DNA of 64,000 nt from an uncultured Acidobacteriota bacterium (GTDB taxonomy: Bacteria > Acidobacteriota > Thermoanaerobaculia > UBA5066 > Gp7-AA6): positions 65,524-129,523 of the forward strand of contig CAVXTP010000017.1 in assembly GCA_963764715.1 (NCBI GenBank), in the 5' to 3' direction. The translations under genes were made by a program, and so were the position numbers. Under the pieces are notes generated by a model. It had not been told where the DNA came from. It saw only the letters and a program-made list of their open reading frames with translations, and made no database searches. The first letter of the stretch is position 1, and each line of letters begins with the position of its first letter. Of the stretch, positions 56,260 through 64,000 are shown piece after piece.

Positions 56260-57878
56260 ACCCTCAAATCCACCGTCGGCAGATACCGCGGCGGCCGCCG
56301 CACCTTCGTCGCCTGCTCGAACGCGTAGGCGATCTTCAGGAGCGTCGGCTCGCTGCCGGCCCGGCCGAAGAACGACAGCCCGACCGGCAGCCCGAAGTGC
56401 CAGCCCGCGGGCACGGTGATGTCGGGATAGCCGGCGATCGCCGGGATCGACGAGCTCCCGTCGGCGCCGTAGCCGCCGTTGACGAGGTCGATCAGCGACG
56501 CGGGGCCCGAGGTCGGCGCGACGAGGCAGTCGAGACGATGTTCGTCCATGGTCTTGTCGATGCCCTCGACGCGCGACAGCCGGAGGTCCTTGGCGAGCGC
56601 GTCGACGTAGGCCTTGTCCGTCAGCGGGCCCTTGGCTTCCGCCTTCTCGAAGATCTCCTGCCCGAAGTACGGCATCTCGCTCTCGCGGTTCTTCGCGTTG
56701 AAGAGGATCAGGTCCGAGAGCGTCCGGTACCGCGTCCGGGAGCCGAGCCCCGCGAGATGGGCGTTGAGGTCCGCCTTGAACTCGTAAAGGAGCACTTCGA
56801 ATTCGGACTCGCCGATCTCGCCCGCCGATGCGATGTCGGCCGGGTCCACGATGACGGCGCCCTCCCGCCGCATGACCGCGAGGGCATCCTCGGCGACGGC
56901 GTCGGCCGCCGGGCTCTGCCCGTAGAGCTTTTTGCGCGGCACGCCGATGCGGGCGCCGGCGAGGCCGCGGGGATCGAGGAAGGTCGCGTAGTCGATCGGC
57001 GCCCTCCCGGCGAGGTCGCGTGTCGCCGGGTCCGCCGGATCGAAGCCGCACATCGCGGTCAGCAGGATCGCGGCGTCGGCGACGGTGCGGGTCATCGGGC
57101 CGGCGGTGTCCTGGCTGTGCGCGATGGGGATGATCCCGCTCCGCGACACGAGGCCGAGCGTCGGTTTCAGCCCGACGAGGCCGCAGTTGTTGGACGGCGA
57201 GACGATCGAGCCGTCGGTCTCCGTCCCGATCGTGATCGCGCAGAGGCTCGCCGCCGCCGCGGCCCCCGAGCCCGAGCTCGAGCCCGACGGATCGCGGTCG
57301 AGGGCGTACGGGTTGCGGCACTGCCCGCCGCGGCCGCTCCAGCCGCTCTGGGAGTGCGTCGAGCGGAAGTTGGCCCACTCCGAGAGGTTCGTCTTGCCGA
57401 GGATCACCGCGCCCGCGTCGCGCAGCCGCTGGACGATGTGGGCGTCCTTCTCGGGAACCGCTCCGACGAGGGCGAGCGAGCCGGCCGTCGTCTGCATGCG
57501 GTCGGCGGTCCCGATGTTGTCCTTGATCAGCACGGGGATCCCGTGGAGGGGCCCGCGGACCTTGCCGGCCTTGCGCTCGGCGTCGAGGCGGTCGGCGATC
57601 GCCAGGGCGTCGGGGTTCACCTCGAGGACCGCCCGCAGCGTCGGGCCCTTCCGGTCGATCGCCTCGATGCGCGCGATGTACTTCTCGGCGAGCGTGCGGG
57701 CGGAGTCCGCGCCCGAGGCCAGCCGCTTCTGGAGATCGGCGACCGTCAGCTCGTCGAGCTCGCCCGCCGGCGGCGGCGGAGGGTCGGCCGGCGGCGGCCC
57801 CGCCGCAGCGTTGCGGGAGACCGCCGCGGCGGCGCCTCCCAGGACTCCGCTCTTCAACAGGGACCGGCGATCGATCAT
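56247..57878 (-). CDS. Amidase-signature family amidase, Tat/Sec-secreted
   Basis: N-terminal twin-arginine-like signal MIDRRSLLKSGVLGGAAAA and an AS signature region ...GGSSSGSGAAAAASLCAITIGTETDGSIVSPS... (Ser-cisSer-Lys triad context). Confidence 0.85.
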   Translation of the reverse strand: MIDRRSLLKSGVLGGAAAAVSRNAAAGPPPADPPPPPAGELDELTVADLQKRLASGADSARTLAEKYIARIEAIDRKGPTLRAVLEVNPDALAIADRLDAERKAGKVRGPLHGIPVLIKDNIGTADRMQTTAGSLALVGAVPEKDAHIVQRLRDAGAVILGKTNLSEWANFRSTHSQSGWSGRGGQCRNPYALDRDPSGSSSGSGAAAAASLCAITIGTETDGSIVSPSNNCGLVGLKPTLGLVSRSGIIPIAHSQDTAGPMTRTVADAAILLTAMCGFDPADPATRDLAGRAPIDYATFLDPRGLAGARIGVPRKKLYGQSPAADAVAEDALAVMRREGAVIVDPADIASAGEIGESEFEVLLYEFKADLNAHLAGLGSRTRYRTLSDLILFNAKNRESEMPYFGQEIFEKAEAKGPLTDKAYVDALAKDLRLSRVEGIDKTMDEHRLDCLVAPTSGPASLIDLVNGGYGADGSSSIPAIAGYPDITVPAGWHFGLPVGLSFFGRAGSEPTLLKIAYAFEQATKVRRPPRYLPTVDLRVSKR

Positions 57879-57933
57879 CGCGTCCTCCGCTTTCGTGCGG
57901 CCGAGAGATATCACGGAGCGGCGCGGGCCCGCG

Positions 57934-59340
57934 TCAGAAGAGGTGCGCGATCGAGTTGGCGTAGTAGCGCAGCAGCGGCACCTCGTCCGGGCGGGCGCGG
58001 AAGAGGCCGCCGGCCTCCTCGACGAGGCGGCGCAGCGTCAGCATGCGGAGGCCCACCGTGATCGCGTAGTCCTGGTCGCCCCGCGGGACGTAGACGTGGG
58101 CCCCCCGCCCCTCGAGCTCCCGGATCAGCCGCAGCACCTCGCCCTTGAGCTCGAGCTCGCTCCAGCTCCGCTCCGGCGCCCGCACGAAGACCGTCGCGAC
58201 GAGCGAGACCGGGACGACCGGGATGACCCGCGCGATCTCCCCCATCAGCTCCCGCGCCAGGTCCGACAGGCGCCGGGAGCGCTCCTCTCCCGCGAGGGAG
58301 CGAAAGTCGAACGCGTGGCGCTGGAGGTGGCGCCGGAGCGAAACGGGCGAGCCGAAGTTCACGCACGCGTAGCCGAACCGGTGCCAGCGATTGAGGGCCC
58401 TCAGCCAGACGTTGCGGCCGATGAACCGCGCCGTCGTCCCCGCCGCGGCCGGCGCGCTCCGGGGAGAGGCCTCCGGGTCGAGCTCGCGCAGGAAGCTGCG
58501 GTCCTCGAACGTCCGGTCGTAGTTGATGCCGACCGGGATGAAGACGATGTCGCGCTCCCCCGCCGGGTCGAACGACCGGACCATGTAGTCGAGGATGCCG
58601 AGCCTGGGCGGCCGCAGCTTCCCGTCGCGCGAGAGGCCGCCCTCCGGGAAGACCGCCTGCGTCACGCCCGCCGCGGTGGCCATCCCGACGTAACGCTCGA
58701 GGACCTTGCGGTAAAGGGGGTCCTTCGAGTTGCGCCGCACGAAGTACGCGCCCATCGAGCGGATCAGCGTCTGCAGCGGCCAGATGCGCGCCCACTCGCC
58801 GACGGCGTAGGAGAGCGCGGCCTTCTCCGCCGCGAGATACGAGACGAGGACGTAGTCCATGTTGCTGCGGTGGTTGATGAGGAAGACGACCGTCGCCTTC
58901 GGAGGCATCGACGCGAGGCCTTCCTCGTCCTCGTAGCCGAGGCGCACCCGGTAGAGCGAGCGCGCCAGGTTGCGGGCGAGCCAGTAGCCGATGCGGAAGT
59001 AGGCGTACGCGTTGAAGGCCGGGACGATCTCGCGCGCGTAGCGGCCGACGCGCTGCATGACGACCTCGCGCGGCATCGCCTTCTCCCTCGCCTCGGCCTC
59101 CGCGGCCTGCTGCACCTGGGGGTCGTAGAGCAGGCGGTCGATCAGGACCTCGCGCTTCGTCAGCTCGAAGTGCGCGATGCGGATCTTCAGGCGGGTGTTG
59201 ATCTCCTCGAGGACCCGGTTGACCCGGCGCCGGAGAAACCACCGGACGCTCGGGATGAGCAGCCGGTCGAGGGCGGCCCACGCCGCGAGGATCGCGAGCA
59301 GGATGGCGAGCCAGGTCGGAAGCTCGACGGTGCCGCGCAT
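57934..59340 (-). CDS. Glycerolipid acyltransferase (PlsB/PlsC-like lysophospholipid acyltransferase family; HxxxxD motif)
   Basis: Start ATG at 59340 (MRGTVELPTWLAILLAILAAW...). H(X4)D motif VFLINHRSNMDYVL plus a downstream FPEGG motif. The longer 513-aa track ORF translates the non-coding heptamer array. Confidence 0.75.
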   Translation of the reverse strand: MRGTVELPTWLAILLAILAAWAALDRLLIPSVRWFLRRRVNRVLEEINTRLKIRIAHFELTKREVLIDRLLYDPQVQQAAEAEAREKAMPREVVMQRVGRYAREIVPAFNAYAYFRIGYWLARNLARSLYRVRLGYEDEEGLASMPPKATVVFLINHRSNMDYVLVSYLAAEKAALSYAVGEWARIWPLQTLIRSMGAYFVRRNSKDPLYRKVLERYVGMATAAGVTQAVFPEGGLSRDGKLRPPRLGILDYMVRSFDPAGERDIVFIPVGINYDRTFEDRSFLRELDPEASPRSAPAAAGTTARFIGRNVWLRALNRWHRFGYACVNFGSPVSLRRHLQRHAFDFRSLAGEERSRRLSDLARELMGEIARVIPVVPVSLVATVFVRAPERSWSELELKGEVLRLIRELEGRGAHVYVPRGDQDYAITVGLRMLTLRRLVEEAGGLFRARPDEVPLLRYYANSIAHLF

Positions 59341-59374
59341 GGGAAGTGCTTGCCGAGCATAGGACAGTCGTCGG

Positions 59375-59438
59375 CCAGTGAGCAGGAGGCAGGAGGCAGG
59401 CAGTAAGCAGTAAGCAGTAAGCAGTAAGCAGTAAGCAG
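59375..59438. repeat. Heptanucleotide tandem repeat array (GCAGGAG)x2-(CAGTAAG)x5, the reverse complement of the CTTACTG array at 56225
   Basis: gcaggag gcaggag gcagg cagtaag x5 cag. It lies 35-95 bp upstream of the acyltransferase start. Confidence 0.9.
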
Positions 59439-59494
59439 GGATACGAAAAGGGGCGGCCGTGCGGGGCCGCCCCACCTGGTCCGACCGGCCTGAC

Positions 59495-60055
59495 CTAGCG
59501 CGGCCAGAGCCAGCCGAAGACGCCGGCCGTCAGGAGCCCGTACACGATCCCGTCGATCACTTCCTTGATCGTCGAGGACCAGGACCGGCCCCACCAGATC
59601 GCGTTCGGCACGATCCCGGCGGCGTAGGCCAGCGCGGCGGCCCCGCCCGCGGTGTGGAAGACCGTGCGGTAGGAGGAGCCCACCGGCAGGACGCGGCCGG
59701 CGACGCAGGCGACCACCGTCGAGACCACCAGCAAATAGACGAACCAGAGGCCGAGCTGCTTGCCCATCCCCATCGGTCCGGGCGGCCAGACGACCATCGT
59801 GCCCATCGGGCCTTCTTCCATCTTCTTCTTCGTCTCGGGGCTCTTGTCGCGCGGGTCGCAGAACGGGAAGCGGTACTGCCCGCGCCCCACGCCCGCGCGG
59901 CGCATGGCCTCGAGCACTCCCGCCTCGCCGGGAAGCTGGGCCCAGTCCTTCTTGTGGTGCGGCAGGAACATCCAGACGATGGAGCTCGCGATGTAGACGA
60001 GGACCGCGGAGCCCAGGATGGGAAGCCAGAGTGAGCCGAGGGCGACCATACCCAC
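59495..60055 (-). CDS. Hypothetical membrane protein (3-4 TM)
   Basis: 186 aa with hydrophobic segments and reasonable GC3 bias. No family recognised. Confidence 0.45.
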   Translation of the reverse strand: MGMVALGSLWLPILGSAVLVYIASSIVWMFLPHHKKDWAQLPGEAGVLEAMRRAGVGRGQYRFPFCDPRDKSPETKKKMEEGPMGTMVVWPPGPMGMGKQLGLWFVYLLVVSTVVACVAGRVLPVGSSYRTVFHTAGGAAALAYAAGIVPNAIWWGRSWSSTIKEVIDGIVYGLLTAGVFGWLWPR

Positions 60056-60114
60056 CTCCTTGTGCGGTTGGAGCGAAGTGGCGGAATTATCCTCCCGAAT
60101 CCGCGCGGCGTAGG

Positions 60115-60570
60115 ATGCGCCCCATGGAATGGCGCCGCGGCGGTTATGCGATCTCGACCGACCCGCAACGGCTGGACCGGGCCGCCATTCACGGCTTCCT
60201 GTCCGGTTCCTACTGGGCGAAGGGCATCCCGCGCGAGGTCGTCGAGCGCTCGATCGAGGGGGCCCTCTGCTTCGGCCTCTACGAGGGAGAACCCCAGGTC
60301 GGTTTCGCCCGGGTGATCACCGACCGTGCGACCTTCGCCTACCTCGCCGACGTCTTCGTCGTCGAATCGCACCGCGGCCGGGGGCTCGCCGCCTGGCTCA
60401 TGGAGACCGTCATGGGGCACCCCGAGCTCCAGGGGCTCCGCCGCTGGATCCTCATGACCCGGGACGCGCACGGGCTCTACCGGAAGTTCGGCTTCCGCGA
60501 GATCGCCGATTCCGGCCGCTGCATGGAGATCGTGGACCGCGAGGTGTACACGCGGGCTCCGCGACGCTAG
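60115..60570 (+). CDS. GNAT-family N-acetyltransferase
   Basis: ...FVVESHRGRGLAAWLMETVM...LYRKFGF..., the acetyl-CoA-binding motif A (R/Q-x-x-G-x-G/A). Confidence 0.75.
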   Translation: MRPMEWRRGGYAISTDPQRLDRAAIHGFLSGSYWAKGIPREVVERSIEGALCFGLYEGEPQVGFARVITDRATFAYLADVFVVESHRGRGLAAWLMETVMGHPELQGLRRWILMTRDAHGLYRKFGFREIADSGRCMEIVDREVYTRAPRR

Positions 60571-60695
60571 AATCGCCCCGCTGCCTATGATCGTCCCTCG
60601 GTAAAAAGCGCGGTTCCCCGGACGGCCCGGCCGTCCGATCACGAAGCCACGAACGCGGGGCGCCCGCGCACGGGCGCTCGCCGAGAGGAGATCCC

Positions 60696-61472
60696 TTGAA
60701 CGCACCCACGGACTGGTGGAAGACCTTCTTCGACGGCCTCGCCGTCGGCTTCTGGCGGGCCGCCGTCCCGCCGGAAGCGACCCGGGCCGACGCCGACTTT
60801 CTCTGGAAGCACCTGAATCTCGCGCCGGGCGCCCGCGTCCTCGACGTGCCCTGCGGCGCCGGGCGGCTGACGCTGCCGCTCGCCGAACGCGGCTGCGCGA
60901 TGTCGGGCGTCGACATCTCGACCGAGTCCGTCGAGGCCGCGGCGGCCGCCGCCGCCGAGCAGGGGCTCGCCGTCGACTTCCGGTGCGCCGACATGCGCGA
61001 CCTGCCCGCGTCGTCCGGGTTCGACGCGGCGTTCTGCTTCGGCAACAGCTTCGGGTACCTCGACGACGCCGGCAACGAGGCCTTCGTCGCGGCCGCCGCG
61101 CAGGCGCTCTCGCCCGGCGGACGCCTGGCCATCGACTTCGGGCAGACGGCCGAGGGCGTCTTTCCGCGGCTCGAGCCCCGGCTCGAGGGCGAGCTCCACG
61201 GATTCCGGTTCGTGGAAGAGACGCGCTTCGACCCGGTCACCTCGCGCATCGAGAACGTCTTCGAGTTCTCGAAGGACGGCCGGTCCGAGCGCAAGCTCGC
61301 TTCGCAGCGCGTCTACCTGGCGGGCGACCTCGTCCGCATGCTCGGCCGCGCGGGCCTTCGGGTCCTCGGCCTCTACGGATCGCCGGAGGAGGAGCCCTTC
61401 GCCCTCAGCTCGCAGCGCCTCCTGATCGTGGCGGAGAAGCCGCGAGCTTCCGGACGAGGGACACGAGGCTGA
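60696..61472 (+). CDS. Class-I SAM-dependent methyltransferase
   Basis: TTG start. Motif I VLDVPCGAGRLTLPLAERG; post-I acidic GVDIS. Confidence 0.75.
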   Translation: MNAPTDWWKTFFDGLAVGFWRAAVPPEATRADADFLWKHLNLAPGARVLDVPCGAGRLTLPLAERGCAMSGVDISTESVEAAAAAAAEQGLAVDFRCADMRDLPASSGFDAAFCFGNSFGYLDDAGNEAFVAAAAQALSPGGRLAIDFGQTAEGVFPRLEPRLEGELHGFRFVEETRFDPVTSRIENVFEFSKDGRSERKLASQRVYLAGDLVRMLGRAGLRVLGLYGSPEEEPFALSSQRLLIVAEKPRASGRGTRG

Positions 61473-61668
61473 TGACCGACCAGGAGCCCTCGAGCACGAT
61501 CAGGCCGGCGTTCTTCGCTTCGACGGCGAACCACGTCAGGATGACGGCCCCCAGGAGATTGAGAACGAGGTAGGCGCGGTCCTCGCCGCCGAGCTTCCCG
61601 GCCTGCTGGGCGGCGAAGGCGGCGAGGATCATCGCCGCGCCGAGAAGCGAGACGAGCTGGGCGATCAC
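61405..61668 (-). CDS. Small hydrophobic ORF (87 aa, 2 TM), doubtful
   Basis: ORF with TM-like composition. It overlaps the 3' end of the convergent methyltransferase gene by 68 bp. Confidence 0.25.
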   Translation of the reverse strand: MIAQLVSLLGAAMILAAFAAQQAGKLGGEDRAYLVLNLLGAVILTWFAVEAKNAGLIVLEGSWSVISLVSLVRKLAASPPRSGGAAS

Positions 61669-61756
61669 GACGCCGCCCGTTCGGCCTCGCCCGGCGTGGC
61701 CCGGGTCCGCATTGCGACTTCGAGGCGTCGTCCGCGATGGGTTCGTTCGGTCACGA

Positions 61757-62341
61757 TCAGGTCTCCTCTTCCGAAACCGGTCCTTCGGGCGCTTCGGCGA
61801 CGGGGTAGCAGGCGAGGACGAGACGGTAGGGGCGGCCCTTCCCCGGGCGGCCGTTCTCGCGCAGATTCGGCATCGAGTGCCGGGCGATGACCTCGACGAT
61901 CGCCGCCCGCATCGCCTCGGCGAACCGGGTCCGCTGTTCCGGAGTCTCGAACCGGAACTGCGACTTCACGGACAGGGTCGCCAGGCGCTTGCCCTCGGCG
62001 GCGGCTTCCCGAGCGGCGCGACCGACGTCCGACCGGACCTGGTCGGCGAGGGCGAGGAGGTAGTCGGAGGAGGCCGTGTCGGCGATCTGCCGCCAGTCCG
62101 CCGCGAGGGGCCCGAGAAGGTCGGGCGAGAGCGTGTAAGAACGGGCCGTGGCCACATAGCGCTGCTCGATCAGGTTTCGCCGCCGGCGGCGGCCGGCCGG
62201 GCGCAGAAGCCCGGCCCTCTCGAGGGCCCGGACGTGGTAGTTGACCCGCTGCCTCGGGAGCCCGAGTCGGCGCGCCAGCTCGGTCGAGGAGGCAGGCTCC
62301 CGGGCGAGGGCCAGCAGGCGCGAGCGCAGCGGGTGGAGCAT
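61757..62341 (-). CDS. ArsR/SmtB-family winged-helix transcriptional regulator with a C-terminal extension
   Basis: MLHPLRSRLLALAREPASSTELARRLGLPRQRVNYHVRALERAGLL is a classic ArsR HTH. Start taken at the internal ATG at 62341 rather than the ORF's first start. Confidence 0.7.
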   Translation of the reverse strand: MLHPLRSRLLALAREPASSTELARRLGLPRQRVNYHVRALERAGLLRPAGRRRRRNLIEQRYVATARSYTLSPDLLGPLAADWRQIADTASSDYLLALADQVRSDVGRAAREAAAEGKRLATLSVKSQFRFETPEQRTRFAEAMRAAIVEVIARHSMPNLRENGRPGKGRPYRLVLACYPVAEAPEGPVSEEET

Positions 62342-62403
62342 CGCGCTCGCCCGCCGCGCGCTTTGCACCGCTTCGAGTCCGATGGCCCCGGGAGTTGGCT
62401 GCA

Positions 62404-62435
62404 CCTCCACAGACAGTATTATCTGTACAGACAAA
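62404..62435. promoter_or_regulatory. AT-richer repeat/palindrome (ACAGACAGTATTATCTGTACAGACA) in the divergent ArsR / ABC-exporter promoter; candidate operator
   Basis: The only AT-rich island in the region. It contains inverted ACAGA/TCTGT half-sites and a repeated ACAGACA. Confidence 0.4.
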
Positions 62436-62587
62436 TCTACTTGTCAATACGGCGGTCCTGCTCCCATTCGGGCCGGCGAGCGTATTTGGAGGGTGAACAC
62501 TTCTCCCGTCTTCCCCGGATCCCGTCGGTACAATCCGTCGGTGGTGCCCTCTTTCCTCCTCGTCCGCGCTTTCAGGGTCGCCTGACA

Positions 62588-64000
62588 ATGCCGAAGCTCG
62601 GGCTGACGGGAGGCGGATTCTCCTCCCGCTCGATGCGCGCGGAGCGCCGCGGCCGCGCCGGCTCCGACCGGCCGGACGAAGCCGGCAGGCCGAAAAAGAA
62701 GCTGCCGGTAAAGGTCATCCTCCGGGACGCGTCCGAGCTCATCGCGGCACGCAAGGGCCGGCTCGCCCTCGGCTTCGGCCTTCTCCTCGTCAGCCGGCTC
62801 TGCGGCCTGGTGCTGCCCGGGACGACCAAGATCCTCCTGGACGACGTGATCGGGAAGGGGCGCCGCGACCTCCTCGTGACGATCGTCCTGGTTTCGGGGG
62901 CTGCAACCCTCGTCCAGGCGATCACCGGTTTCGCCCTCTCCCAGGTCCTCGGAAAGGCGGCCCAGCGCTCGATCACCGACATGCGCCGGTCGGTGCAGCG
63001 CCACGTGGGCCGTCTGAAGGTGGCCTTCTTCGACCAGACGAAGACGGGAATCCTCCTCTCCCGGGTCATGACCGACGCCGAAGGGGTCCGGAACCTCGTC
63101 GGCACCGGGCTCGTCGAGCTCGCCGGGGGGCTCGTCACCGCCCTCTTCGCCCTCGGAATCCTCTTCTATTTCAGCGCCAAGCTGACGCTCATCGCCCTCG
63201 CGGTCCTGTCCCTCTTCGGCCTCGTCCTGCTCTTCGCGTTCAAGACCCTCCGGCCGCTCTTCCGCGAGCGCTCGAAGATCAACGCCGAGGTCTCGGGACG
63301 CCTGACGGAGTCCTTCTCGGGGATCCGCGTGGTCAAGGCCTACCGGGCCGAGCGCCGGGAGGCCCTGGTCTTCACCCGGGGGGTCCACCGGCTCTTCAGC
63401 AACGTGGCGAAGACGATGACGGGCTTTTCCGCCGTGGCGGCCTTCTCGACGCTGCTGCTCGGCGTCGTGGGCGTCTCGATCATGTGGGTCGGCGCCCATG
63501 AGATCGAGGCCGGCCGCATGACGGTCGGCTCGTTCGTCTCGTTCACGCTGTACCTGGGCCTCCTCGTCGGGCCGGTGATCCAGATCGTCTCGATCGGCAG
63601 CCAGATCACCGAGGCCTTCGCCGGCCTCGAGCGGATCCGGGAGCTGCGGGACGAGCTCGCCGAGGACGCCGGCGACCGCGAGCGCGAGCCGCTCCCGCCG
63701 CTCGAAGGGAGAGTCGAGTTCCGGGACGTCTCCTTCTCCTACGAGGAGAACGTGCCGGTCCTGAACGACGTCTCGTTCGTCGCCTCGCCGGGGACCGTCA
63801 CGGCCCTCGTCGGCCCGTCGGGCTCGGGCAAGAGCACGATCATCGGCCTCGTCGCGGCCTTCCACCGGCCCACGGCGGGAACGATCTTCGTCGACGGCCG
63901 CGACCTCTCGAAGGTCCGCCTCTCCGACTACCGCGGCCAGATCGGGGTCGTCTTCCAGGACAACTTCCTCTTCGACGGCAGCGTTTACGAGAACATCGCC
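62588..64000 (+). CDS. ABC exporter, fused TMD-NBD (MsbA/lipid-A-exporter-like), 3' partial
   Basis: Six-TM type-I exporter domain followed by the NBD with Walker A GPSGSGKST. It is truncated by the window end. Confidence 0.85.
   Translation, partial: MPKLGLTGGGFSSRSMRAERRGRAGSDRPDEAGRPKKKLPVKVILRDASELIAARKGRLALGFGLLLVSRLCGLVLPGTTKILLDDVIGKGRRDLLVTIVLVSGAATLVQAITGFALSQVLGKAAQRSITDMRRSVQRHVGRLKVAFFDQTKTGILLSRVMTDAEGVRNLVGTGLVELAGGLVTALFALGILFYFSAKLTLIALAVLSLFGLVLLFAFKTLRPLFRERSKINAEVSGRLTESFSGIRVVKAYRAERREALVFTRGVHRLFSNVAKTMTGFSAVAAFSTLLLGVVGVSIMWVGAHEIEAGRMTVGSFVSFTLYLGLLVGPVIQIVSIGSQITEAFAGLERIRELRDELAEDAGDREREPLPPLEGRVEFRDVSFSYEENVPVLNDVSFVASPGTVTALVGPSGSGKSTIIGLVAAFHRPTAGTIFVDGRDLSKVRLSDYRGQIGVVFQDNFLFDGSVYENIA

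Noticed and set aside
56225-59438. Heptamer arrays as a possible CRISPR array
   Set aside because: The repeat units are 7 nt with no spacers, so they are microsatellites, not CRISPR. No cas genes are present.
57934-59475. Extended 513-aa version of the acyltransferase ORF (N-terminus ...AYCLLLTAYCLL...)
   Set aside because: The extension merely translates the CAGTAAG tandem repeat. The start is more plausibly the ATG at 59340, just before the predicted N-terminal TM helix (LPTWLAILLAILAAWAAL).
62444-63865. 473-aa minus-strand ORF antisense to the ABC exporter
   Set aside because: The ABC exporter on the plus strand has Walker A and six TM helices. The antisense ORF is compositionally junk.

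Overview
High-GC (~70%) bacterial chromosomal window, probably Acidobacteriota- or Gemmatimonadota-like, with roughly 60 protein-coding genes and no rRNA, tRNA or CRISPR that I can see. Recognisable housekeeping genes are dxs, ispH, dinB, gltA, two Cys/Met-family PLP enzymes, msrA/msrB, an RNase II-family exonuclease, a CDF transporter, an OPT transporter and an MsbA-like ABC exporter (cut by the window end). Several accessory modules stand out. (1) A seven-gene co-directional operon directly downstream of dxs-ispH: flippase-like (LPG-synthase TM) membrane protein, nucleotidyltransferase, ATP-grasp, class-III aminotransferase, Gfo/Idh/MocA dehydrogenase, CDP-alcohol phosphatidyltransferase fusion and myo-inositol-1-phosphate synthase. 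This gene set predicts an aminated/amide-modified inositol (inosamine) phospho-headgroup, which I do not recognise as a described pathway; it is my best candidate for a novel system. (2) An ECF sigma / anti-sigma / DUF4097 operon in which the sigma gene appears to start at a non-canonical CTG, next to a large ~106-bp palindrome in the divergent promoter. (3) A two-component system (propeller-type sensor kinase plus NarL-type response regulator) directly upstream of two tandem paralogous secreted beta-helix proteins with three Cys-rich SLH-like C-terminal repeats. (4) A seven-gene cfa-like operon (FAD oxidoreductase, DUF1365, two CFA-synthase-like methyltransferases, DUF1295 and others) next to an acyl-CoA desaturase, resembling furan/methylated fatty-acid clusters; the desaturase has an apparent 3' frame switch. 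(5) Inverted arrays of a CTTACYG heptamer tandem repeat flanking an amidase-acyltransferase gene pair. (6) A GC-rich REP-like palindrome family at three intergenic sites. (7) An apparent frameshift in a C6 run inside a DUF885-like gene. Coordinates include stop codons. Many long ORFs in the six-frame track are GC-rich wrong-frame or antisense artefacts and were discarded.
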